Shown here piece by piece: positions 27,383 to 36,510 of a stretch of 64,000 nucleotides of DNA (the stretch's first letter is position 1; each line of letters begins with the position of its first letter). Made by a program: the position numbers and the translations under genes. The notes under the pieces were generated by a model. That model was given only the letters and a program-made list of their open reading frames with translations. It was not told the origin of the DNA and searched no databases. This stretch comes from Candidatus Eiseniibacteriota bacterium. Its GTDB lineage: Bacteria > Eisenbacteria > RBG-16-71-46 > CAZAMP01. The DNA lies in NCBI GenBank assembly GCA_965224245.1, contig OZ245046.1, positions 3,648,001 through 3,712,000 of the forward strand, in the 5' to 3' direction.

Positions 27383-29175
27383 GCGCCCGCCACGAGTTCG
27401 AGGAGCAATCGCTCGGCAAGGCCTACGACCACCGTCTGATGACGCGACTGTTGAGCTACCTGCGTCCATCGATCGTGCTGATCGTGTTCGCGATGCTGTT
27501 CCTGATCCTGTCCTCGCTGGCCCAGCTCGCCGGCCCCTGGCTGACCCAGCGCGCGATCGACGACCACATCGCCGTCGGCGACGCGACCGGCCTCCTGCGC
27601 ATCGCCGCGCTCTGGGTCGGGTTGATCGCGGTCGGCGCGATCCTCCAGTACGTGCAGCTCGTCATGATGAACCTCATCGGACAGCGGGCGATGCTCGCGA
27701 TGCGCGACGAGATCTACGCGCATCTGGGACGCCTTCCGATGCGGTTCTTCGACCACAACCCGGTGGGACGCCTGATGACCCGGCTCACGAACGACGTCGA
27801 GGTCCTGAACCAGATGTTCACGCAGGGCGTCGTGGCCATCTTCGGCGACGTGTTCACGCTGCTCGGCATCATGGTGGTCATGACGGTCATGGACTGGCGG
27901 CTCGCCCTGGTGACGTTCTCCTCGCTGCCGCTCCTGGTCCTGGTGACGATCCAGTTCCGCCGGCGCATCCGGGGCGCCTACCGCGACGTCCGGATCGCCC
28001 TGGCGCGGATCAATGCCTACCTCCAGGAGAGCCTCGGCGGCATTCCCGTCATCAAGTCCCTGCGCCGGGAGGACCGCAACGATCAGGAGTTCGCCGATCT
28101 CGCGGACGATCACAAGGACGCGTTCCTCCGGTCGGTGCGCGCGTTCTCGGTCTACTATCCGATGGTGGAGATCATCGAGGCGCTGGCGATCGCCCTCGTG
28201 CTCTGGTACGGCGGCGGCGAGATTCTCCGGGACACCGTCACGTTCGGCGCGCTCGTGGCGTTCATCCAGTACGCGGGACGGTTCTTCCGTCCGATCCGTG
28301 ATCTGAGCGAGAAGTACAACATCCTCCAGGACGCGATGGCGTCGTCGGAGCGGATCTTCTCGCTTCTGGACACGCCGCCGGAGCCGGACGCGGCGACCGT
28401 CCCCGAGTTCGACGCGCGCGGTGACATCCGCTTCGAGAACGTGCACTTCTCCTACGACGGCAAGACCCCGGTGACGCGCGGCGTCGCCTTCGAGATTCCC
28501 GCGGGCAAGACCACGGCGATCGTCGGCTCGACCGGCGCGGGCAAGACCACGCTCGTCGGGCTGTTGACCCGGTTCTACGATCCCGAGGAGGGTCGCATCA
28601 CGATCGGCGGCGTGGACATTCGCGACATCCCGCGCCGCGAGCTGCGCCGCACGATGGCCATCGTTCAGCAGGACGTCTACCTGTTCTCGGGAGACATCGA
28701 GGAGAACATCCGCCTCGGCGAGACCGATCTCTCGCCGGAGCGGCTGGCGAAGGCCCTGGAGCTGAGCCACGCCGACAAGGTCGTCGCCCGATTGCCGGGC
28801 GGCCTGTCCAGCCCGGTCGGCGAGCGAGGCGGGAGCCTCTCGACCGGAGAGCGCCAGCTGATCGCGTTCGCGCGCGCGCTCGCATTCGACCCGGACATCC
28901 TGATTCTCGACGAGGCCACCGCGAGCATCGACAGCGAGACCGAGGCGCTCATCCAGGACGCGCTGAACGCGCTCCTGACCAACCGCACCGCGATCGTCAT
29001 CGCCCATCGCCTGTCGACGATTCGCAACGCGGATCAGATCCTCGTCCTGCACCACGGTCGGGTGTGCGAGAAGGGAACGCACGACGAGCTGCTCGCCGCG
29101 GACGGGCTGTACTCGCAGCTCTACCGGCTCCAGTTTCAGCTGGGACGTACCGAGGCAGCCGAATCGACGCCGTAG
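27379..29175 (+). CDS. ABC exporter ATP-binding/permease subunit 2 (MdlB/YheH-like)
   Basis: GSTGAGKTT; LSTGERQ; LILDEATA; AHRLSTI; GTGA overlap with subunit 1. Confidence 0.95.
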   Translation: MSARHEFEEQSLGKAYDHRLMTRLLSYLRPSIVLIVFAMLFLILSSLAQLAGPWLTQRAIDDHIAVGDATGLLRIAALWVGLIAVGAILQYVQLVMMNLIGQRAMLAMRDEIYAHLGRLPMRFFDHNPVGRLMTRLTNDVEVLNQMFTQGVVAIFGDVFTLLGIMVVMTVMDWRLALVTFSSLPLLVLVTIQFRRRIRGAYRDVRIALARINAYLQESLGGIPVIKSLRREDRNDQEFADLADDHKDAFLRSVRAFSVYYPMVEIIEALAIALVLWYGGGEILRDTVTFGALVAFIQYAGRFFRPIRDLSEKYNILQDAMASSERIFSLLDTPPEPDAATVPEFDARGDIRFENVHFSYDGKTPVTRGVAFEIPAGKTTAIVGSTGAGKTTLVGLLTRFYDPEEGRITIGGVDIRDIPRRELRRTMAIVQQDVYLFSGDIEENIRLGETDLSPERLAKALELSHADKVVARLPGGLSSPVGERGGSLSTGERQLIAFARALAFDPDILILDEATASIDSETEALIQDALNALLTNRTAIVIAHRLSTIRNADQILVLHHGRVCEKGTHDELLAADGLYSQLYRLQFQLGRTEAAESTP

Positions 29176-29184
29176 TCCGGAATG

Positions 29185-30021
29185 TCAGCGGAGCCGTCGG
29201 ACCAGGGCCGCGAAGTCGGCGGGAGTCAGCTCCTCGGCCCGCGCACGGGCGTGTCCGGCGACCCCGGTCAGGGCGTCGGCCACCCGCTCCGGATCGAGCC
29301 CGAGCTCCGAGACGAGGTTCGTCCGCATCATCTTTCGCCGGTGCGAGAACGCCGCACGCACGACGCGCTCGAGGAACGCGGCGTCCACGTCGTCGGGAGG
29401 GTCCCGGAACTCCAGTGAAAGGACCGCCGAGCCCACGTCCGGGGCGGGAAAGAACGCGCCCTTCGGCACGTTGAAGCGGCCGCGACGCACCAGATGAAAC
29501 GCCGCGAACACGCTCAGCGATCCGTACGCCTTCGTGCGGGGTGACGCGAAGAGCCGATCGGCGTACTCACGCTGCACCATGACCACCGCACCCCGGAGAA
29601 GCCGTCGCTGGCGAATCAGCCACATCACCAGGTCGGTCGTGATCGCGTAGGGGAGGTTTCCGAACACGCCCATCGGCGCGCTGCGCACCAGTGCGAGGTC
29701 CACCGTTCGCGCGTCGGCCTCCATGACCGTCACCCGCTCGGCCCTGTAGCGATCGCGGAGGTGGCCGACGAGCGTGCGATCCACGTCGATCACCAGCACG
29801 TCGTCGAAGCGCCCGAGGATCGCGTCGGTGAGAACACCGGTTCCTCCCCCGACCTCGACGATGGGCGTGGCGGCCGGCCACGAGACGCTCGTCGCGATGC
29901 GCGCGGCCACCGCGGGCTGACACAGGAAGTTCTGGCTGAGGCTCTTGCGAGCCGCGATGCCCAGACGATCGAGGACGTGCCGGGGATGCTCGAACGACCG
30001 ACCCGTCTCGTGGTCGTTCAT
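29185..30021 (-). CDS. rsmA: 16S rRNA adenine dimethyltransferase RsmA/KsgA
   Basis: KSLSQNFL, VEVGGGTG, GNLPY, MVQRE, YGSLSV, FFPAPDV, RRK, RAEEL; ATGA overlap with tatD. Confidence 0.93.
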   Translation of the reverse strand: MNDHETGRSFEHPRHVLDRLGIAARKSLSQNFLCQPAVAARIATSVSWPAATPIVEVGGGTGVLTDAILGRFDDVLVIDVDRTLVGHLRDRYRAERVTVMEADARTVDLALVRSAPMGVFGNLPYAITTDLVMWLIRQRRLLRGAVVMVQREYADRLFASPRTKAYGSLSVFAAFHLVRRGRFNVPKGAFFPAPDVGSAVLSLEFRDPPDDVDAAFLERVVRAAFSHRRKMMRTNLVSELGLDPERVADALTGVAGHARARAEELTPADFAALVRRLR

Positions 30022-30824
30022 GGGTCGCGTCGAGCGTCGGGGGGCGCCTCGGCCTCCACGCGTGCGTCCAGACCGAACAGCGCGTTCGCATTCTCGTCGG
30101 TGATCGCCTCCAGGCGCGCCGGATTCATCTCCAGCAGGTCGGCCATCACCGGGATGACCTCCGCGATGAACGCCGGCTCGTTCCGACGCGAGGTCCCGGG
30201 CGCGGGCGCGAGCCACGGACAGTCGGTCTCGAGGAGCAGCCGATCGTGGGGCACGCGGGGAAGGATCTTCCGGTAGCGCCCCTTGCTGCGGGTGACGGCG
30301 CCACCGAACCCGAGGTGGAAGCCCGCGCCGACGATGCGGGGCACGAGCTCGGGTGGCCCGCCGTAGCAGTGCAGCACGCCGCCGACCCGACCGGCGTCCA
30401 TGGCCTCGAGCATCTCGACCACCGCCTCCTCGGCCCCGCGCGAGTGAACGATCAGCGGGAGATCGTGGGCGAGCGCCAGCTCCAGGTGGCACGCGAACAG
30501 CGCGCGCTGGGCGTCGTGGGGCGCGTAGTCACGATGGAAGTCGAGCCCGGTCTCCCCCACGGCGACGACGTCGCGATCGGTCAGGAGGGACTCGAGCGCG
30601 TCCAGGTCTCCCGGAACGTGCCGGGCCGACTCGTGCGGATGGATGCCCAGGGCGGCGTGCACGCGCCGGTTGGCGCGCGCGAGCTCGAGGGCGCGACGAC
30701 TGGATGCGACCTCGATCCCGACCTCGACGACGTGGCGGCACCCGGCCGCGAACGCGCGGGCGAGCGTGGCCTCGCGGTCCCCGTCGAATGGACTCGTCCC
30801 GAGATGGGCGTGCGTGTCGATCAT
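30018..30824 (-). CDS. tatD: TatD-family hydrolase
   Basis: IDTHAH, GIHPH, GETGLD, IVHSR, LHCY, ETDCP, NEP. Confidence 0.95.
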   Translation of the reverse strand: MIDTHAHLGTSPFDGDREATLARAFAAGCRHVVEVGIEVASSRRALELARANRRVHAALGIHPHESARHVPGDLDALESLLTDRDVVAVGETGLDFHRDYAPHDAQRALFACHLELALAHDLPLIVHSRGAEEAVVEMLEAMDAGRVGGVLHCYGGPPELVPRIVGAGFHLGFGGAVTRSKGRYRKILPRVPHDRLLLETDCPWLAPAPGTSRRNEPAFIAEVIPVMADLLEMNPARLEAITDENANALFGLDARVEAEAPPDARRDP

Positions 30825-32350
30825 GGCCGCGAGCGCGTGTCCGGCTGGCTCGCGTTGCCACCCCGGCGGCGCCGGGACCGGCGCCGGCGTCGCCGGGGAG
30901 GGTCGCCGGGCGCGTCGGAGCGATCGGGCCCCTCGCGATCGGGCGCCGATCGGGCGCCTGCCGGCGACGCGGGCCGCTCCCGGTCGGCATCGCCGTCGCG
31001 GGGTCCGGCCCCGCCGGGGCCGGTCACTCCGGCGCGGGCCTCGGCCGACCGTGCGTCACCCCGCCGGCGACGGCGACGGGATCGGCGGCGACGGGGCTCG
31101 CCGTCACGATCGTCGTCCCGGCGAGCGCGTTCCGCCGAACGACCGGCGTCCTCGGCATCGGCGAACGCGACGAGCTCGGCATCGCTCCGGTCGCTGCCCG
31201 ATCGACCGCTCCCGATGTCGCCCGCGTCGGCACGGCGCCTCGCCTCGGCCTCGAGCCGGACCATCTCGACCGGCGAGGGCGTCTCGTCGCCTGACGGGGG
31301 ATCGGACGGGCCGCGCCGGCCCCGTCCCTTGGCCAGGAGCGGCGCCCCTTCGAAGTCGCGCGTCCTGGTGATCGGAATGCGTCCCGAGCGGCGCCCGGGA
31401 TCGGAGCGCTCGGCCGGCGCGTCGTCGTTCTCCCGGCGACCTCGCGCGTTCTTCATGCCGGTGGGCCTGGGATCGGGCTTGTGGCATCCGCTACCGGCGC
31501 CGCCGCGCCCGGGTGCCCCGCGCGGGCGCACCGCGCCGCCGCGCCACTGGCTCCGCGGCACCGGAAAGTCCTCGATCGCGTACTCGGTGACGACGCCCTC
31601 GGCGTTTCGCGTCCTCACGACCTGGCGAAAGTAGTCGTTGCCCGAGACCACGACCAGCTCCCCGCCGATCTCGAACTTGGCGCCCTGCTTCGGGTAGAGC
31701 TTCACGACTTCCTTGTAGAACGGATCCTCGTACATCAGGCAGCACATCAGCCGCCCGCAGCCGCCTGAGATCTTGGTCGGGGCAAGCGCCAGCCCCTGGT
31801 TCTTGGCCATCTTCAGCGTGACCGGCGAGAAGTCCTTGAGCCACGTCGAGCAGCAGTACTCGCGACCGCAGGGCCCGATTCCGCCGATCCGCTTGGCGGC
31901 GTCCCTGGCCCCGATCTGTCGCAGCTCGATGCGGGTCTTGAAGATGGAGGCCAGCTCCTTGACCAGCTCCCGGAAGTCGACCCGCTGCTCGGCGGTGAAG
32001 AAGAACGTGATGAGGTTGCCGTCGTGCTGGCTCTCGGCGTCGATGAGCTTCATGTCGAGGCGAAGCCGCTTGACGCGCTCGCGGCAGATGCGAACCGCCT
32101 CGGCCTCCTCGGCACGGAGGCGGGTCTGGGTCTTCAGGTCGCGAGATGTCGCGCGACGCAGGATCGATCGGAAGCGCCCCAGCTTCTCGTTGGGCTGTCG
32201 GGCCACGGCGATGTGGCGGACCTCGCCGAGATCGACGCCGCGCTCGGCCTCGACGAGCACCTTGTCGCCGGACGCGATCGCGACACGATCGGGATTCACG
32301 AAGTAGTCGAGCCGTTGGCCCTTGAACTCGACCTCGATGGCGTCCGCCAT
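30821..32350 (-). CDS. ricT: PSP1-domain protein RicT/YaaT with a long Arg-rich disordered tail
   Basis: RVDFRELVKEL, RIELRQIG, GPCGREYCC, KISGGCGRLMCCL; SD GAAGGA. Confidence 0.9.
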   Translation of the reverse strand: MADAIEVEFKGQRLDYFVNPDRVAIASGDKVLVEAERGVDLGEVRHIAVARQPNEKLGRFRSILRRATSRDLKTQTRLRAEEAEAVRICRERVKRLRLDMKLIDAESQHDGNLITFFFTAEQRVDFRELVKELASIFKTRIELRQIGARDAAKRIGGIGPCGREYCCSTWLKDFSPVTLKMAKNQGLALAPTKISGGCGRLMCCLMYEDPFYKEVVKLYPKQGAKFEIGGELVVVSGNDYFRQVVRTRNAEGVVTEYAIEDFPVPRSQWRGGAVRPRGAPGRGGAGSGCHKPDPRPTGMKNARGRRENDDAPAERSDPGRRSGRIPITRTRDFEGAPLLAKGRGRRGPSDPPSGDETPSPVEMVRLEAEARRRADAGDIGSGRSGSDRSDAELVAFADAEDAGRSAERARRDDDRDGEPRRRRSRRRRRRGDARSAEARAGVTGPGGAGPRDGDADRERPASPAGARSAPDREGPDRSDAPGDPPRRRRRRSRRRRGGNASQPDTRSRP

Positions 32351-32372
32351 GCGGGCATGTCCTTCGAAAACA

Positions 32373-33518
32373 TCATGCCGGGGACGGAGCGTCCTCGGCG
32401 ATGACATCGGTGAGCGTCGTAAAGAGCGCGAGGGATGGCGTGACGGAGCCTTCGACGGCTCCGACGAGCTCCTCGAGCGCACGCACGCGCCGGGCGATTC
32501 CGGGCACGTCCAGCGTCTCCGATGCGGCGCGAAGCCCGACCAGTGCGTCGTGATTGACGACACCGGACTCCGACACGCCGCACTTCAGACGTAATACGTC
32601 ACGATACCACGTGAGCAGCACCTCGGCCACGTGGCGCACCCGCGGGGCGTCCCAGGCCCGGGAATCGCCCAGCACATCGGTCGACAGGCGCGCCACGAGG
32701 TCGTCCGGGGAGAGCCCGAGGAGTCCCAGAACCCACGCGCGGGTCTCCAGGACCCCGGCGCCTCCGAGGACGAGGGCGCGCGCGACGCTCCCGCCGGCGA
32801 GCGCCGCCACGGGTCCGGCGTCCTTCTCGGGGATCCCGGCTCCGGTCACGAGGAGGTCCCGGATGTCGTCGGCGGGTACGTCCCCGAAGCCGACGCGCTG
32901 GCAGCGCGAGCGAATGGTCGGGAGCACGCGGTGCAGCCGACTGGTCGTCAGCACGAAGACGGTGCGGGGACCGGGCTCCTCGAGCATCTTCAGCATGCGA
33001 TTGGACGCCTCGACGCCGGTGGAGTCCACGCCCGCGAGAACGATGACCTTGCTCCGGCCCTCGAACGTCTTGCGCGAGGCCTCCTGCTTCACCTCCAGAA
33101 CCCACTCGGTGGCGATCGACGGCCGCTTGCTCCAGCTGTACACGTGCAGCGGATCGGCGGCCCACTCGGCGTACAGCCGGCAGAGCGCCCCCTGTGCGGC
33201 GTCGTCGCCCCGTTTGGCGGCCTCTTCCTTCCACAGCGCCGCCGGAAACACCGGCATGACCAGATGGACGTCGGGATGATTGAACGAGGCCGTCTTCCGG
33301 CACGACAGACACGTCCCGCAGGGCCGCCGGGGGGTGTCCGCCTCGCAGTTCAGCGCGGCGGCCAGGGCCAGGGCCGCGGTCGTCTTGCCGACGCCCCACG
33401 GGCCGTGGAACAGATACGCCTGCGAGACCCGATCGAGCCGGACGGCGTCGCGGAGCGCGCCGATCGCGCGGGACTGCCCCCGGACGCGATCGAAGACGAA
33501 CGGCGCGGGACTGGTCAT
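32373..33518 (-). CDS. holB: DNA polymerase III subunit delta'
   Basis: AYLFHGPWGVGK, PCGTCLSC, HPD, NRMLKMLEEP, LPTIRSRCQ. Confidence 0.92.
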   Translation of the reverse strand: MTSPAPFVFDRVRGQSRAIGALRDAVRLDRVSQAYLFHGPWGVGKTTAALALAAALNCEADTPRRPCGTCLSCRKTASFNHPDVHLVMPVFPAALWKEEAAKRGDDAAQGALCRLYAEWAADPLHVYSWSKRPSIATEWVLEVKQEASRKTFEGRSKVIVLAGVDSTGVEASNRMLKMLEEPGPRTVFVLTTSRLHRVLPTIRSRCQRVGFGDVPADDIRDLLVTGAGIPEKDAGPVAALAGGSVARALVLGGAGVLETRAWVLGLLGLSPDDLVARLSTDVLGDSRAWDAPRVRHVAEVLLTWYRDVLRLKCGVSESGVVNHDALVGLRAASETLDVPGIARRVRALEELVGAVEGSVTPSLALFTTLTDVIAEDAPSPA

Positions 33519-34069
33519 GGGGATTCCGACGGCGACGAGGATTGCGCCCGGAGCCACGACAGCGGGTCGAGCGCCTCCGAGCCGCGCCTAGGCTCGAAGT
33601 GCACGCACGAGCCGACCAGAGAGTCGGTCGCGCCCGCGAGCGCGATCGCCGACCCGGCCTCGACCTGGTCGCCCGGCGCCACCAGGATCCTCGATGCGTG
33701 CGCGTAGAGCGTATAGTAGTCGTCCCCGTGGGCCAAGATCACGGTCTTGCCGTAGCCGCGCACCCAGTCGACGTACTCCACGCGGCCCGAGGCCACCGCG
33801 CGGACCGGCTCCCCGGCGGGCGCGCGAATGTCGATCCCGGAGCTCCAGGTCGACGTTCCGTGCAGGGGTGGAGAGCACGGCCGAAGCCGCGCAGGATCTC
33901 GCCGGGATGCGGCCACGCGAGCGTGCGCTTTCCGGCGCCGCTGGGACCGGTCACGATCAGGAACTCGCCCTTGGCGATCTCGAGGTCGACCTCGTGGGAG
34001 CACGTCGAGCTTCGATCCGCCGGGGTACCGCTTGGACACGCCACGAAGCGAGACGATCGCGTCGCTCAC
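33515..34069 (-). pseudogene. Chimeric ftsE'-'envC remnant (ABC ATPase N-terminus fused to an EnvC-type M23 domain) with two compensating frameshifts
   Basis: VSKRY...VL / HEVDLEIAKGEFLIVTGPSGAGK joined directly to RTLAWPHPGEILRGFG / GIDIRA...GYGKTVIL.H...TLYAH...HFE...DP..WL. Confidence 0.8.
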
Positions 34070-34338
34070 GGCGCGCTCTCGCCGGGCGGCAGCACGTCGA
34101 TCCGGCAGTACCGGTCGCGGTCCTTCTTGCTGACGTTACCCGCAGGCACCTCCAGCACCGTCACGCGCCGGCGGACCGTGGGCTCGACCAGCGTGATGCA
34201 ATCACCGGCTCGGACGACGTGGCTGGCCCGGGCGGGCCGATCGTCGACGAGCACGCGGTCGGATCGGATGGCCTTGGACGCCGCCGACCGCGTCTTGAAC
34301 ACGCAGACGGCGTCGAGGAACTTGTCGAGTCTCACCAT
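34066..34338 (-). CDS. S4-domain RNA-binding protein (Hsp15/YabO-like)
   Basis: VRLDKFL...FKTRS.A...ASHVVRAGD. Confidence 0.9.
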   Translation of the reverse strand: MVRLDKFLDAVCVFKTRSAASKAIRSDRVLVDDRPARASHVVRAGDCITLVEPTVRRRVTVLEVPAGNVSKKDRDRYCRIDVLPPGESAP

Positions 34339-34404
34339 GTCCTGCCGTTCGACGCGGGCGTGCGGCTCGACCCGGCTCGCGCTCCGGAACGTCGCCCCTC
34401 GGAC

Positions 34405-35718
34405 CTAGCCGCGCTCGCCGATGCCGGGCTTTCGGATGTCGACGTAGGATCGTTCGCGAAGCTGGTCGACCCACTCGTTGTAGCGCGTGGCGATCGCCTC
34501 GCGCCGGAGCGCGTCGCGGATGTCCGGCGCCACCTCGTCCAGCGTGTAGGGCTGGGCCGCCTTGCGGTCCAGGAGCTGGAAGACGTGAAAGCCCACGTCG
34601 TCCTCGACGACCTCCGAGTACGCGCCGATCATCAACGGCTCGATGGCCTCGCGGAACGCCGGATAGAGCTGGTCGAGCGGGAAGTAGCCGACGTCGCCGT
34701 CACCGGTGGGATCGTCGGAGTACGCGCGGACGACCTCAACGAAGTCCACGCCCTCCTCGAGCCGGCGGCGCGCGGTCTCGACCAGCGCTCGGGCGCGCGC
34801 ACGATCCGCGTCGGTCAGGACGTTGGGGATGACGATGTGACGGAAGTGCGCCGACGTGCCGCGCGTGCCCAGTCTCTGAATGATGTGATAGCCGTAACGG
34901 CTGCGCACGATGTCGCTGATCGCCGAGTCGGGCAGCGCGAACGCGGCGGACGAGAAGAGGTCGTCGGCCAGATCACCCGGCGCGATCCAGCCCAGATCGC
35001 CGCCGCGAGAGGCCGTCGGATCCTGGGAGACGTCGGCGGCCACGGCGGCGAACTCCTCGCCGGCGTCGAGCCGGCGCCGGGCCGCCCGGAGCGTCTCCAG
35101 AATCGCCGCCTCGGTCTCGGCCTCGGGCTTGGGCCGGACGACGAGGTGCCGGAGGCGCACGCTGGCCGGCTTCGCCGGCAGTGCGTCACGGTTGGCCTCG
35201 AAGTAAGCGACCACCTGAGCGTCGTCGATCTCGATCTCGGTGTCGAGCTCGGCCCCGACCAGCCGGCGCGACAGGAGCTGACGCCGGATGTCCTCGCGGT
35301 ACACCGCCCGCATCTGCTTCAGCGTGAGGCCCTCGCGCTCGAGCTGGGAGAGGAACGCGTCGGTGCCGCCGAAGCGCTCGACCTGATCCTCGATCTGCTG
35401 ATCGAGATACGCCTCGAGCTCGGTCGCGGGCACCTCGATCCCGCGGCGCTCGGCCTCCTTGACCACCAGGATCTGGTCGATGAGCTGCGTGAGCACCTCG
35501 GTCTGGAGGCTGTCGGCCAGCGCCGGCGTGGCCCGATCGGGCGGCACCTGCATCTCGATCATCAGAAGCTGCGTCTGCTCGACGACGTCCGACACCGTGA
35601 TGATCTCGTTCTCGACCACGGCGACGATCTCGTCGACGACCTCGTACTCCGCGCGGGCGGCCGTCGCCGTCAGCACGGCCGCGACCAGGATCGCGATCCA
35701 CTGTCCTGTTCGGTTCAC
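34405..35718 (-). CDS. surA: SurA-like periplasmic chaperone / parvulin PPIase
   Basis: DEIVAVVENEIIT; two rotamase domains (FAAVAADVSQD...GGDLGW; GYHII; YSDD...GDVGYF; GFHVFQ). Confidence 0.88.
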   Translation of the reverse strand: MNRTGQWIAILVAAVLTATAARAEYEVVDEIVAVVENEIITVSDVVEQTQLLMIEMQVPPDRATPALADSLQTEVLTQLIDQILVVKEAERRGIEVPATELEAYLDQQIEDQVERFGGTDAFLSQLEREGLTLKQMRAVYREDIRRQLLSRRLVGAELDTEIEIDDAQVVAYFEANRDALPAKPASVRLRHLVVRPKPEAETEAAILETLRAARRRLDAGEEFAAVAADVSQDPTASRGGDLGWIAPGDLADDLFSSAAFALPDSAISDIVRSRYGYHIIQRLGTRGTSAHFRHIVIPNVLTDADRARARALVETARRRLEEGVDFVEVVRAYSDDPTGDGDVGYFPLDQLYPAFREAIEPLMIGAYSEVVEDDVGFHVFQLLDRKAAQPYTLDEVAPDIRDALRREAIATRYNEWVDQLRERSYVDIRKPGIGERG

Positions 35719-35793
35719 GCCTCGAGTTCCCTCCGTCGTCGCTCCGCCGGACGCAGCCCCCATCGGGCGGGGCGCTCCGCATGCGCGGCCGCG

Positions 35794-35823
35794 ACGCTAG
35801 CACACGCGTCGAAAGCCGATCAA
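35794..35823 (-). promoter_or_regulatory. Sigma70 promoter upstream of the surA operon
   Basis: TTGATC-N18-TAGCGT with TG extension. Confidence 0.5.
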
Positions 35824-35883
35824 ACCCGCCTCGCGGCGGACGGGCGGGCCGATCCGGTGAACCCCGGCGACCCGGGCCCGGTT

Positions 35884-36510
35884 TCAGGTTCCGGGCTGGC
35901 GATCGGCGCCGAGGTGCCGAACGTCCGGCGCGGACGTCAGATACCACCGCGAAGCGTGCCGCTCCATGCGGTGGATGCTCCCCAGCTCGACCGGAAGCGG
36001 GCGCAGCTCGCGCACCGGGAACGACAGGAGGAGCCGGTAGCACTGGCGGATGATGCCCTTGTGCGCCACCACGAGCGTCGCGGCCGCCGAGTCGCGGAGC
36101 TGCTCCAGGATCGCGCGATCGACGCGGTCGCGGAAGCGTTCGCGGGGCTCGGCCCCGGGGAAGTCGAACGTCTCGGGCGACCCGCGCCAGCGCGCGTAGT
36201 CCTCGGGCGCCCGATCGCGGATCTCGTCGAGTGTCCAGCCCTCCCAGTGTCCGAAGTCGACCTCCGAGAACCGGGGCTCCACGACCGGCTCGACCCCCGG
36301 CGGCGCCATCAGCTCGGCCGCCGTTCGGGCCCGCGTCAGGGGGCTGGTCACCACGCGCTCGAACCGCTCGGTCGCGAGCGCGGCCTTCGCGCGCTCCATC
36401 TGGCGGCGGCCCTGGTCGGAGAGCGGCAGATCGGTCCGTCCGTAGAAGCGTGTCGCGGAGCCGCCGGTGGTGTCGCCGTGTCGGACCAGGACGAGGCGGA
36501 TCGGGCTCAC
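35884..36510 (-). CDS. Histidine phosphatase (phosphoglycerate mutase/CobC-like)
   Basis: LVRHGDT, SPLTRA, EVDFGHWEG, VVAHKG. Confidence 0.92.
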   Translation of the reverse strand: MSPIRLVLVRHGDTTGGSATRFYGRTDLPLSDQGRRQMERAKAALATERFERVVTSPLTRARTAAELMAPPGVEPVVEPRFSEVDFGHWEGWTLDEIRDRAPEDYARWRGSPETFDFPGAEPRERFRDRVDRAILEQLRDSAAATLVVAHKGIIRQCYRLLLSFPVRELRPLPVELGSIHRMERHASRWYLTSAPDVRHLGADRQPGT

